A stretch of DNA of 64,000 nt, taken from the NCBI RefSeq assembly GCF_009914755.1, contig NC_060939.1, one strand, 5' to 3'. Under the pieces are notes generated by a model, which was not told where the DNA came from, made no database searches, and saw only the letters and a list, made by a program, of their open reading frames with translations. This document shows positions 1 to 24,486 of the stretch, piece after piece. Origin of the DNA: the human T2T-CHM13v2.0 reference genome, Homo sapiens. Every line of letters starts with the position of its first letter. Positions within the stretch are counted from its first letter, which is position 1. A program made the translations under genes and the position numbers.

Positions 1-57
1 GATGTGGCTGCAGGGGCTGATAGTTCTCATGAGTATTACTGCTCTTGTTTCTGACAG

Positions 58-8579
<8,522 letters not shown>

Positions 8580-11500
8580 ACATGACCATCGTCAAAGAGC
8601 TGCTCAAGAAATTTTTAAAAAAGAAACAAAGTTATGGGGTTAATCTCCTACACAATTCATTTACTTCGTTTGAATGTTATAGCCACTTATGATTATTTGT
8701 GTTTCTAATTTATAGTTTAAGTTTATTTGTAAATAGTTAAAAGAGAGTGGGTCTCTGTGGCTTTCACTGATGTTCACTCTGGCATACTTTCGCAATTTTC
8801 TTTTTCAATTTCATGATTGTAGGTTATTAGCATGCATATTGAGTTTGCCCTTACGTGGTGGGAGTTCAAACACACAAAGACCCACTATTTGCACAAAACT
8901 ATTCTTGCTGGTTTGGAATAGGCTGCCATGTGTTTTTAATGTTATTGCAGCATGTATATTCATTACAGAATTCAGATAAAATTTGCCTATGTTCTGCTAT
9001 TGTTTGATCTAATCTTAATCACAGTGAGCTCTTCATTAGCACAATATGTGGTTTGCCCCAAGTGTGCACTATTTAATACTTTGTAATATGCCACCAAGAG
9101 TACTGACATTTAGAGTTGTTTAAAGGCCGAGAACTGGAAACAGCCTTTCCCTCATTTTCTGTGTATTGGTGATGGGAGTAATAACATTTTGGGGGAGCTT
9201 TTTAAATTTCACAGAAGAGGAAAGTTGCCTGCTCTGGCAGGTATGTGCAAGATAGAGTGTGTTTCATTTGTTCTGTTGCCAAGAATTAGTGCTGTACTAT
9301 TGTAGTTCCTTTAGGATTTGTATGTGCTCTGGGCTCATGAAGATATTGCATCATGAGCTGCAGCAGTTGTACTCTTTTTTGATGACCTAAAAAGGGCTTA
9401 TTTCTGAGGAATGAAAGGTTCCCATCATTGACTATGGATGTGGAAAACCTTTCCTAGCTTAGAGCATTTGTATCTATATTTTAAAGTCAGAGTTCATGTT
9501 ACCTGTTTTAATCACATGACTGCATGTCCCAGTACACAAAAGGGCACTGGTTGGCATTCTTCTTAATGTATTTAGTAAAGATCAGAAGAAATCCTTTAAG
9601 AGTTTAAATGTCCCTGGAACACGCATACAGGCTCTAGTCAAGAATGAATTAGAGTGAAGGAAAGCTGTGTGACACCTGGCATTCCTCTGTTCATGGAGCT
9701 TCTTTGAGGCTTGAAGATTGATTTTACCATCTAGACCACTCTGCCTATTCTTCAACCACCTTGGTTACTTTGACATAGGAATTGACTTCTTTTCCTTGAA
9801 TGGAAAACACTTTGAAATAATAATAAACATTGTTATAAACTAATATATGTGAGAGTGCTTAGTTGAAACAAAAAGGAGTTTTAGTAGACAGTATTATACT
9901 ATCTTTGAAAATCAAGGAGAAGTTTATGCAACTTAAAATGTGTACAAACTGCAGTGCAATCTACTGTTGGTGAATGTCAGTGTATTATCAGGAAACATGT
10001 CTATACAATCACAGAGTTATATTTCCTCACAAACTTCTTTGTGAAGAGTGAAATGTGTTTCTGTACCTCTGGGTTTCACTTACGGGCATATTTTGTGCAG
10101 TAGTTATGTGATTGTGCCTATGCATGATGAATGAATGAATTTCAGTTGTACATTGCCTAAATCATAACTTGATGATGCTTGGGAAAGACTCAACAGTTAA
10201 AACTTCATGAAGTTCTAATGTCTGTGTTCCAAAACACATCACATTATTAGGATGTAGGGAGATATGTATGTGTGCTCCCTGGGGTGGGGATTTCTAGTTA
10301 CTAGACCATCTCCATTTTTAGCATTTGGCATCCTCATGATACTTTTATAAATACGACATTAACAGGAGAGCAGCAGTACGATTTTGCCGATGGAATAACA
10401 GATTTGCCGGCAATCACTGAAAGAGTGCAAATATCGGGTCCTTGTGACTTCAACGGACTCTTCCAAATTGTATGAATGTATCAATGTATTAGATAAACCC
10501 AGTTTCAGAATGATAAAGAAAAAATGTTAGACCAAATAATGCGGCTAGTTAACAGTGGTACGATTTCTAGCCCGTGGCTTTAAAATGCACTTAAAGTCCT
10601 GTCCTTGCCTTTTATTTTCTGAACTTGATGTTTTTGCATTCTTTGAGTTCAGTTTAAAGACAACTACGAGCATCTGTAACCAATCTGACAATAATGTGTT
10701 CATCAGGTGCCTATGGATTAAATCACATACTGGCATATTTAAGCTGAATGTCAATCTGGAAAATAAATTGACTGTATTAACAGAAATACCACTCTTTGTG
10801 TAGATATTTGTCGTATATTTAAGAAAAAGCTAAAAAGAATGGAAATCGCATGACTATAACTTAAGTCTTTCTTCAAAGTGCATGCAGTCTTTTGCGATAC
10901 CTCATTCAGCCAAGTATTGGTATTCTTCCTCATTCGGTATAAGGCAGCTTTCAATTTGCTTAGAAGGCAACATTGGAAGGTTAGAGTTCATCAGAAACAG
11001 AATTCTAAAATGTGAGTTCAATTCAATAAATTTGAATTTCTGTAGGAAGAATCAAATCACCGATTTAAAGAGTGCAATATATAATAATCATTTTTAAAGT
11101 ATTGGATTAAATCTGATAGGTTTTCCAGAAATGAACAAAAATCAGCTCTAAAACCAAAGCTGATTTTTAGAAAATTTGAAAATGTAAATCAGCCCTATCC
11201 ATACTATAGTTTCTCTAAAACTTTATCTGAAAGAGTCATTTTAAAATAACTATTAAACAATGTAACTGCTATCTTAATGTTCTGAAATAAGTTAAAACAT
11301 TTTAAAATATGAATACTGTAAAGGAAATAAATGGTGGGAAGGAAAAGTAGAGAAAGAAATGCCAATTCCAGTCCAAAGCTTTATTTGCCAAGTTTTCTTA
11401 GAATGAATTTTACCAATTTATGAATTCTTGTAAGCGGAATGTAAAACGGAAATACTGAAAGACTTTTGCCTAAAGTGGCATTATTGACTGCTGGTGTGAT

Positions 11501-11702
11501 GATACTGTAATGTAATAAATTATTAAGTTGTTGCAAAGTGCTGTTTTTGCCTTAAAATTTTATTCTGTGTGTCTTGAAAAATATAGTATTAAAGGTATTG
11601 ATACTGTGCAAATGCTGAGCATGCTTGGCATGAGATAATGTTTCATTTTTACAAAATTGTAATATAACTATGCAAGGGTTTATTAAAAGAACACAAAATA
11701 AA
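8580..11702 (+). other. AT-rich 3' UTR of GOLGA8, apparently an inserted retroposed UTR (ITSN2-derived by recollection)
   Basis: Abrupt GC-to-AT shift after stop, free of recognisable SINE/LINE, polyA signals AATAAA 11514-11519, ATTAAA 11682-11687, AATAAA 11697-11702, then A-rich tail. Confidence 0.65.
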
Positions 11703-11897
11703 AAAGTTATGGGATTAACAAAAGTTATGGGGTGAAAAAGTTATGGGATAAAAAATGTAAAAAAGTTGTGGCAAAAAAATCTTGTGACCAAAAAGTAGAA
11801 GAAAGTTTTATGAAAAGTTACCAAAAAAAGTTATGAAAAAGAAGTTATGGGATTAAAAAAAAAAGGCATGGGATAAAAATAAAAATTAAAATTAAAA
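11701..11897 (+). repeat. Degenerate A-rich tandem repeat (AAAAAGTTATGGGAT)n, patterned polyA tail
   Basis: About 8 copies of aaaagttatg(gg) between 11701 and 11875. Confidence 0.85.
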
Positions 11898-12470
11898 GCA
11901 GGCCCCTGTCAGCAAAGCCTGGAGAAGTGGGGCTGGGGTCTCTCCACCACCACACTGTCCCTATCTCCCCTTCCCAGTCACCCCTTTACAATTAGGGTAG
12001 CAAGACAAGACCACTGTCTAACGAGGAAAGACAAACAGACCCTTTGCCACCTTGACCAGAGCTGAGTCCTTAAATTTCTGGATGATATTGTTATTTAAGA
12101 GCCAGAGGCTGGTGGAGTTGGTTTGTTTGGAGGAGGCCTCATGGCCTCCTTACTCTCACCATAGCAACTTTTCCCTCAGTGGGGGCTCGAATCTTCTTAT
12201 TCAGAGAGGTAGCTGAGGCAGGACAGTGGGGCTAACTGTGGACCAGGTGAAGGCATGGGCTGCTGGGGTGGCCCCCCTTCCCCGGTGTATATATTGTGTC
12301 TGTGTAAGGTTTTGTATATTCCAGAGGGTAGGGCCACCCCTGTATCATACCTAGCGGTGGTTGGAGGTGGCACATGGGGAGGAGGTTCTAATAATTATTT
12401 GTGGCTGGGAAACTTACTTATTGCTAGCATAGGACAGAGGAAGAAGGCAGGGATGGGGTCATGGCTTCCC

Positions 12471-13059
12471 AGTGGTGTGATCACAGTTCACTGCAACCTC
12501 CAACTCTCATGCTCAAGTGATCCTCCCACCTCAGCCTCCCAGGTAGCTGGGAGTATAAGCATGCACTACTATGCCTGGCTAATTTTTAAATTTTTTGTAG
12601 AGAAAAGGTCTTGCTATGTTGCCCATGCTGGTCTTGAACTCCTGGGCTCAAGCGATTCTCCCATCTTGGCCTCCCAAAGCACTGGGGTTACAGGCATGAG
12701 ACATTGCTCCTGTCCATAAGATTTTCTCTTTATTACTGTTTTGTTGTTGGTGGTGGTGTTTTGTTTTGTTTTTATTTTTTGACAGAGTCTCGGTCTGTTG
12801 CCTAAGCTGGAGTGCAGTGGTGCAATCTCTGCTCACTGCAACCTCCGCCTCCTGGTTCAAGCAATTCTTATGCCTCAGCCTCCCGAGTACCTGGGGTTAT
12901 AGGCATAAGCCACTGCGCCTGGCTAATTTTTGGATTTTTAGTAGAGACAGAGTTTTGCCATGTTGGCCAGATTGGTCTTGAACTCCTGGCCTTAAGCAAT
13001 CCGCCCTCCTCAGCCTCCCAAAGTGCTGGGATTACAGGTGTGAGCCACTGCTCCTGGCT
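12471..13059 (-). mobile_element. Two antisense Alus (12471-12714 older/partial; 12738-13059 full length)
   Basis: Reverse-complement Alu motifs cctcccaaagtgctgggattacagg, T-rich tail at left end of the second. Confidence 0.92.
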
Positions 13060-14090
13060 AAGATCCCATCTCTATTTAAATAAAAAAAGAAAATTCAGAA
13101 TCTATGGAACACAGAACACCAAAGGCCAGTTATTTACCTCTCTGAGGTAATCTGTGTAAACAATTTGATATATATCCTTTCAAGTTCATACTTGCTATGC
13201 ATACATATATATACACACATACATTGACATATTCCCCCTTCCCTGCTGTCTTGCTATTAGTCTTCTTTTTTTTGTAGAAATTGGACCAACTCTATGTTCT
13301 TTGCTGGCCCGTATTTCTCCTATTCAGTGATGTGTTATGAATATCTGTTTAAGTCAATGTATGCAACTCTTTAATATCATTTTAAAAGGTTACGACATAG
13401 GATCATATGAAAGCATTAGAATTTATTCCAACAGTTCCCTTTTGCACATTTAATAATTTCCATTGATTTGCCAGGAAGAACATTCTCGTGTCATGGCTAA
13501 ATCCTTTTGTATGGACATCCTTAATTATTCCCTTAAGATAAACTTTTAAATAAAGTTGCTAGATTAGTCTCGTTTCTTAAGTTCCTTTTTGGTAGTTTAT
13601 ATGTAACACTGTAGTTTTATATGTACTTACAAATACCTATAGTGCCAGTAGAAAATGGGATAAAATTAAACTCTTTCACATATGCCAAATATATTTTGAT
13701 TTAGCGCTTTATTAAGTGCATGATTACAGTCTCTGTATCTTTTGATTTACCTTTCTATCTTTACAATTTTCAGCCGAGACACTTAGCGGTCACACAATAA
13801 ATTAAGGTTTTCTTTTTTTAATAATCTCCATCTTTCTAAATATGGTGAGTCACAGTCAGCTATTTTTGGATTGTTGAAAGCTGTGACTGTTCTAAATCGG
13901 AGCCCAGAAATCATGCCACTTACCAAATATGCTTTGTCTTCCAACATCAGAGTGTCTGGTAGAAGGTGACTGTTCTTGGAATTTAAAAAATCTGAACAGG
14001 ACAAGACAAGAATCTGGACACTTTTTCTGTTTCTGATAATATGATTGAGTAGGTAGACATGCTGGATAATCCTTGCAAAGACATACTTGA

Positions 14091-14720
<630 letters not shown>

Positions 14721-15499
14721 TGAATTATTTTGAAGTAAAACCTATACATCCTATCATTTTTAATTACCTTATATGTATCTGTAGAAGACAAGGAATTCTT
14801 AAAAATAAATATATTCACAATGCCATTAAATATCAAAAAATTAATATTCTGAAAATAGCCACAAATCCAGAGTTGACATTTTGTTGACTTTCTCATAGGT
14901 GATTTTTTTTCTAGTTTATCTATTTCAATCAGATAACTGTTTGCTCATATTTACATTCCTTACTGAACAATGTCTAAACTTAAACTGACATAAAATGGAG
15001 ATGATCTTCTAACCAGATGCTTAGTGTAAGAAAAAACTTCAAACTGCAAGAGGAGTCCCTCCAAATACAGAAAGGATCAGTATTTTAAGAGGTATGTTAA
15101 CTAAAATGTGGCAATGTAAGGAGCAAAGCAGGAAGAACCTTTAAGTCCTCAACTTACAAGTCAATTTCCTAGTCAGTTTCCCTGGTCCTTCCACAACAAC
15201 CTCCCCCATCTGTTTTCTCTACAATGGAGGTAACAATAGTAGCTATTCCAGAGCAGGAAAAGGCTTAGAGCAGTGCTAGAAGAGGGTCGTGGCTATATAA
15301 AGTTTAGCTATTTGTATATTGTAACAAACCTACAACTTTTTTTTTTTTGTCAATAATACATTTCTTTTGGAAAAGTGGCACCCTCCTGTGGGGGACACCT
15401 GCAGTTCCACTAAGCGAACATCGGTGTCTGCTAACCTTTGCCTCTTTGTCTCTCAATAATATACTGTCAAGCTGTTCCTTGATTTAGCACTTTTGTATA

Positions 15500-17185
<1,686 letters not shown>

Positions 17186-17309
17186 GACATATGACTGTTT
17201 TTAACCAGAGGGAGGAAAATGGCTTTCAGATGGTTGTGTAGCTGGTTTTAACAGCCTTCAGCAGCAACACTGGCAGCCTCCGACCTCTCAGACCGAGTAA
17301 GCCAAGCGA

Positions 17310-18812
17310 AGCCTGTATGCGCACGCTTGCAGCTCAGCGCCCGCGGGGACTCCGGAAGCCTCTCCCAAGTGGCGCGGTCCGCAAGGGGCGGCTACAGCTT
17401 GGGCGCAGGCGCCGCTGGCTCACCGGTTCTCTTGGGCTCCCCTGGGACGCCGTAGGATCGCAGGCGCGCAGCCCTCCCGGCCGCTCTGGCCGCCCTGCTC
17501 CTCCTTTGAAGAAAGATAGGGCCGCTGGCAGGGGCCCTCCGCAGCCACCGGGGATGGGGCTGAGGCCAGTTTTTGTTTTTAGTGCAGCCGCCGCCAGGCC
17601 GACCGCCGGGCTTGGCTGCAGCCACGGCGACACTGGCCCGAGTTCTGCGAGGCTGGGGGTGCTGGCGGGCTTGGAGGTTGCCTGGCAGCTGCTGCCTGCA
17701 AAAAGAAAAACAAACAAAAAAGCAGCTGCAGCTTGGGCGCCCAGGGCTAGCGGGGCATGGCCTGGGCAGTCTTGGGATTGCGAGCGCGCGCGGCCTGAGA
17801 GTCCGTACCCTTCGCCGTGCCTCCTGCCCTCCTCCTCTGCCGGACCTCAGAACTGCTGGCCAGGCCGTCCGAGGGAGTCCGGACCCCACTCCGCAGCCTA
17901 CAGAGATGGGGTTGAGCGGCAGGTTCTCAGTTCTCGCCCCTCTGCAGCCGCCGCCGGGCAGACCGCCTGGCTTGGCCGCAGCCACGGTGACATTTGGCCC
18001 TGGTTCTGCGATGCTGGGAGCGCGAGCGAGCTTGGGAGTTGCCAGGCAGCTACTGCTTGCAGGCGGAGGGCGGCTACAGCTTGGGTGTCCAGGCAGTGGA
18101 ACATGGCCTGGGCGGCCTCTGGATCGCGAGTACACCGAGCCTGAGAGCCCGCCAGGCCCTGCCCCCGCCTCTGCCAGAGCTCAGGACCGCTGGCCAGGGG
18201 CCCTCCGCAGCCACCGGGGATGGGATTAAGTGGCAGGTTCTCGGCCCTGTGTAGCCGCCATCGGGCAGACCATCTGGCTTGGCTCTAGCCACCGGGACAT
18301 CTGTCCCCGGTTCTGAGATGTTACGAGTGCAGGCGGGCTTAGAGGTTCCCCAGAGGCTGCTGCCTGCACACAGAGGGTGGCTGCAGCTTGGGTGCCCAGG
18401 CGGGCTGGAGGGGCCTGGCCCGGGAGGCCTGCGGATCGCCAGGGCGCCCAGGCTGAGAAGCCCCAAGCCGCGCATCCCGCCCGGCTCTTCCACCACAGGG
18501 AGACAGGAGCTGCTGGCATGGGGACTCCGCAGTCACCTGTGATGGCTTTGAGCGGCAGGTTCTCAGTTCTCACTCCTGTGCAGCCGCCGGGACATCTGAC
18601 CCCGGTTCTGCGACGCTGGCAGCGCGACCGGGCTCGGGAGTTGACAGGCGGCTGCTACCTGCACACACAGGGCAGAGGGCAGCTGCACCTTGGCCTGGGC
18701 AGCCTCCGAAATGCGTGCGTGCCAGGCCTGAGGGCCCCCCTGGTGGTGCCACCCGCCCCGCTCCTCCTCTGCCGGAGCCTGGAGCAGCTGGAATGGCCAC
18801 TCTGCAGTCACT
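17310..18812. repeat. CpG-island-like GC-rich array of ~5 diverged ~300-350 bp units
   Basis: Landmark ct(a/g)cagcttggg near 17392, 17727, 18073, 18381, 18683 (degenerate); ctc(c/t)gcag at 17537, 17889, 18203, 18525, 18800; many intact CpGs. Confidence 0.8.
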
Positions 18813-19008
18813 AGGGTTATGGTTAAGTATTCTTATCCCATGCATGCACACAAAAAAGGTAACTATTATGCGAGGTAATTAATATGTTAATTGACTTCAT
18901 TTTGGTAATCATTTCAAAATGCGCATGTAGATAGAAACATCACATTGTAAACTTTGAATATGTACAATATTTATTTCTCAAATATACCTCAGTAAAGCTG
19001 AAAAAAAA
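18813..19008 (+). mobile_element. 3' end of an old L1 (L1MA/L1MB-like)
   Basis: ggtaactattatgcgaggt...aaacatcacattgtaaactttgaatatgtacaat...atacctcagtaaagctgaaaaaaaa. Confidence 0.7.
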
Positions 19009-21698
19009 TGAACAGGATTGAAAGGATAAGCACACAGTTCTATAATAGTAGTTGGACACTTCAATACCTCATTTTAATTAATGGATAGAAAAACCAGACA
19101 GAAGCTTCATGAGAAATAGAAGACTTGAACAACAGTATAAGCCATTTAGAGCTAATACACATATACAGAACAGTCCACCCAAAAACAGCAGAATATACAT
19201 TCCTTTTAAGTGGATATGGAACTTTCTCTAGGATAGGTCATATCTTCGTCCACAAAAATATGTCCTAATCATTTACAAAAGTTTTAAATCATACAAAATA
19301 TAATTTACAACCACAATGGAGGAAACATAAATAAAAAATGAAACCTGAAAAATTCACAAATATGTAGAAATTAAACAATACACTCTTAAACTACCAGTGA
19401 AAGAATAAATCATAAGTGAAATTATAAAGTATCTTAAGACAAATAAAAACAAAACATACCAAAACTTAGTGACTGCAGTGAAAGTAGAGTTTGAAGGAAA
19501 ATGTATGGACATAAACAACTACATTTAAAAAAAGCTCAAATCAGTAACCTCACTCTACACCTAAAAGGCAGTATAAAAACCAGAGAAAACTAAATCTGAA
19601 GCTAGCAGAAGTAAAGAAATAATAAAGATTAGAGCATAAATCAATAAAATAGAAGGTTGGAAAGCAGTAGAAGAAATAAACGTAGCTAAAAGTTGGTTCT
19701 TTGAAAAGAGTAATCTCACCTCAGTAGCCTAAGATTCTTCTTTAGGAACGTAGAGAAAGAACAACAACTTAAATCTAAGGAACTAAAGAAAGGAGCTAAT
19801 AACAATTAGGGCAGAAATAAGTGAAATTCAAAACCAAAGAGAGAAAAAGGGAAAGAGAAGAGAGACTACAGATTACTAACAGCAGGACTGAAAGACAAGC
19901 TATCAATACACACTATACCATAAATAAGTAAAGCTAAAAATAATTTTATGCACACAAATCTAATAGATGAGATGAAAAAAATAAATTCCTCTAGAGACAC
20001 AACACATACTACCAAGTCTCACTGAAGAAGAAACAGGTAACAAATAGTCCTGTATTAATTAAGAAATTGCATTTGTAAATAAAACCTACCAAAAAATCTA
20101 GTCACATGTTCTTTCACTACTGATTTCTATCAAATATTTGAAGGATAAATAATTTTGACTGTACACAATCTTTTAGAGAAAATAGATGAGATGGGAGCAC
20201 TCCCAACTCATTTTATAAGGCCAGCATTACAATAACACCAAAACCAAAAAATGATATGGAGAGAAAAGAAGACTATAGACAAATATCAGTCATGGACATA
20301 TATGAAAAAATATCAACAAAATATTGTGACATCAAATTGAACATCTCCCCATGTAGGATGATTCATTATGTCCAATAAAAACAAGGCTGATTCACTATTA
20401 AAATCCAATCCAAGTAATCTGCTATAGAATATTTTTAAAATATTCTTCTCAAGAGATGCAGGAAGAGCATTCGATGAAATCCAACATCTATTTCTGACCA
20501 AAACTCATACAATTAGGAATAAAAGAACTTAGGATATATGTTTATATCTGTATACTATATGGTGATGACTGAATGATTTTTCCTTAAGACTGGGGACAGG
20601 TCCTATTCAATATTGTATTAGAAAATTTGCAAAGTGCAATAAGACAGGAATAAGAAATAAATAACATACATATTGCAAAGGAAGAAGTAAAACTGCCTCT
20701 ATTTGCTGATAAAACTAATCTTTATATACACAGTCTACAGTATTTATGAAAAGCTTCTAAAACAAATACGTGAAATTAAGTGTTTTATTATCAAAGGTCA
20801 ATATAGAATGTCAATAATTTTCCTATGTGTGAGTAATTAACAGTTGAAAAAATTAAATTACTATTTAAAATAGAAGCAAAAATTAAGTGCTTAGGTATTA
20901 ATGTAACAATAGAAGTGCAGGATCTGTATGCTGAAAACTACAAAATATAAATGCAATAAATAGAAAATTTAAAAAGAGGGGAATGAAATATTTATGAATT
21001 CAGAGTCTCAATATAGTTAAGATGCCAGTCTTTTCCATTTCTGCTTGTAGAGTTCCTTCATTAACAATGAAAATTCCTGTAAGTTTTTTTTTTTTTGTAG
21101 ATATCACCAAGGAGATTCTAAAATTTACATGGAAAACAAAATAACTAGAATTGTCAAAACACTTCTGAAAAAAAGTTAGAGGACATAAACTACTGATTAC
21201 AAGGCTTACTATTATGCTACAGTTCTCAAAATATTGTGGTTTTGTTAAAATATTGTTAAAACACTAGATACGTAGACCAATGGAATGAATACAGACCCCA
21301 GAAATAGACCCACACAAATATATTCAACTGCATTTTGAAAAAGATGCAGAGGAAAAGGGGAAAGTATAATCTATTCTGTAAATGGGGATGTAATAATGGG
21401 ATCTCCCCATGTAAAAAAAAAATGAAACTTAATGCATATTTTACACCTTTTACAAAAGTGGACTGAAATAGACCATATAAAAGTGTAAAGTATACAGCAA
21501 TAAAATACTATCATAAAACAGGGGAAATTAGGTATGACTTTGGGGTCATTGATGAGTTTTTAGATAAAACACCATACACATGATCCATAAAAGAAAAAAT
21601 GAAAAAGCAGACTTTGTTATATCTAAAAATGCTCATTCTGTGAAAGAAGCATTACAAGAGCAAAAAGCTAAAACAATCAGGGAAAAATATTAAGTCAC

Positions 21699-22073
21699 TG
21701 TATTAGTCTGTTCTGCTGCTGCTATAAAGAACTGCCTGAGGCTGGGTAATTTACCAGGAAAGAGGTTTAATTGACTCACAGTTCCATGAGGCTGGCAAAG
21801 CCTCAGGAAACTTACAATCATGGCAGAAGGCAAACAAACATGTTGTTCTTCACATGGTGGCAGGAGAGAGAAGTGCTTAGCAAAGGAAGAAAAGCCCTAT
21901 ATAAAACCATCAGATTTTATGAGAACTCACTCACTATCTGAGAACAGCAGCATGGGGGTAACCTGCCTCCATGATTCTACTACCTTCTGCCAGGTCCCTC
22001 CCACAACACATAGGGATTATGAGAACTACAATTCAAAATGAGATTTGGGTGGGGACACAGTCAGACCATATCA
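21699..22073 (-). mobile_element. THE1 (C/D-like) MaLR solo LTR with 5-bp TSD GTCAC
   Basis: tgtattagtc...cagaccatatca termini; gtcac at 21694-21698 and 22074-22078. Confidence 0.9.
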
Positions 22074-22488
22074 GTCACGTATCTTATACAAGCTTTTATC
22101 CAAAATGAATAAAGAACCCTTAAAACTCAACAATACAAAACAAACAATCCAATTTAAAACAAGCAAAAATCTTGAGCACGTACATCTCAAAAGAAGACAG
22201 ACATATGGCAAATAAGCATATGAAAACATGTTTATTGTTATTAATAAGGGAATGCAAAACATAACTACAATGGGATACTACTACATGCCATTAGAATAGA
22301 AATAAAAAATTAAAATATCAAATGCTCCTGAAGATGTGTAGCAACAAAGATTCTCTTTCATTACTGTTGGGAATGTAAAATGACATGGTCACTTTAGGAG
22401 ATAATTTGGCAGCTTTTTATAAAGTAAAACATATGTCCAGTGTGAGGTTCAGCCATTCCACTCCTATGTATTTATCAATGTGTAATGA

Positions 22489-22882
<394 letters not shown>

Positions 22883-24020
22883 TAACCAACACATCTTACA
22901 ACAGGTGAACAGATAGACTATTGCATCAATACCATCAACTGCTATTCAGCAATACAAAGGAACAGACTATTCACTTACACAACAGTACAGATGAACTTAC
23001 ATGTGTTTTGCTGTGTGAAAGAAGTCAGCCCCAAATGTCTACATATTGTATGATTTCATTCGTATAACATTCCGGAGAAGGCAAAATTATAGGTCAAGAA
23101 AACAGATCAGAGTTTGCCCACAATTGGGAGAAAGGGAAGGGTTGATCACAAAGGCATCACGCACAGAATTTTAGGGTGATGCGGCTGTTCTGTGCAGTGC
23201 TGGAGGGTGGACACGTGTCTCTATGGTTTCTCAAACCCTACCAAATGCTACACTACAAAACCTCTTTCTTATTTTTTGCAAAATAAAAATAATAATAAAA
23301 AAATCCACCAGGAAGTCAGAGGATTCCAAGAGGAAAAAGAAACTGATCAAAGACACTTTGGAAAATGGTATTTTGATTGGATACTCTAAGGTTAAGACCA
23401 AACAAGCTGCATAGAAACACTCCACTTTGGTTGGTAATTTTGTTTATCACAGGGGCAAATGATAATTTTGACACCAGGCTAGAAAAAATAAGTAAGTAAG
23501 TTGCAGATAATGTGAGCTAGAGTTTTTACTGTTATGAAATGACTTTTTCTTGTAGTGTTGAGAATGTTTCTTTTTTTTTTCCCAATCATGTGTTAATTCT
23601 CCCCAGGATTCTCACCAACCTATTCAAGTATATTTTAAAATACTTATGATTTTAAGACAAAAACACATGTGTTTTCAGCCCAGTTGGAGAAGCCTCATTA
23701 CTATCACATCCTTTGTGTTCTAAATGAAAGTCTGCACATAAAACAACAAAGGAGCATGGGAAGTGTTGGAAAAATATAATAAGGAAGACAGACTCCCTGG
23801 GGAATGACACAGTGGTATGTTCCTTGGGTCTCCTGTTCTTCTCATCTGCCCTGGAGAGAGTGCTGCAGAAGCCTCCAACCAGAAACCACACCCAACAAAA
23901 CCAAACCTAATAAAACCCCAGCTGTCTCAGCCAAAGAACCTGGAAAATAATGGCCTAGCAAGGAATACCCACCTGAGTGTAGCCAAACATCAATGGAAAC
24001 CCCCCCTGCGAACACCATAG

Positions 24021-24485
<465 letters not shown>

Positions 24486-24486
24486 T

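Noticed and set aside
11701-11880. Short repeated motif with variable spacers (CRISPR-like look)
   Set aside because: Eukaryotic context, spacers are just A-runs, no cas genes; a patterned polyA tail.
17317-18851. Overlapping ORFs of 115-275 aa on both strands
   Set aside because: Expected from very high GC (few stops); low-complexity A/G/P/R composition, no recognisable domain, frames not conserved between repeat units.
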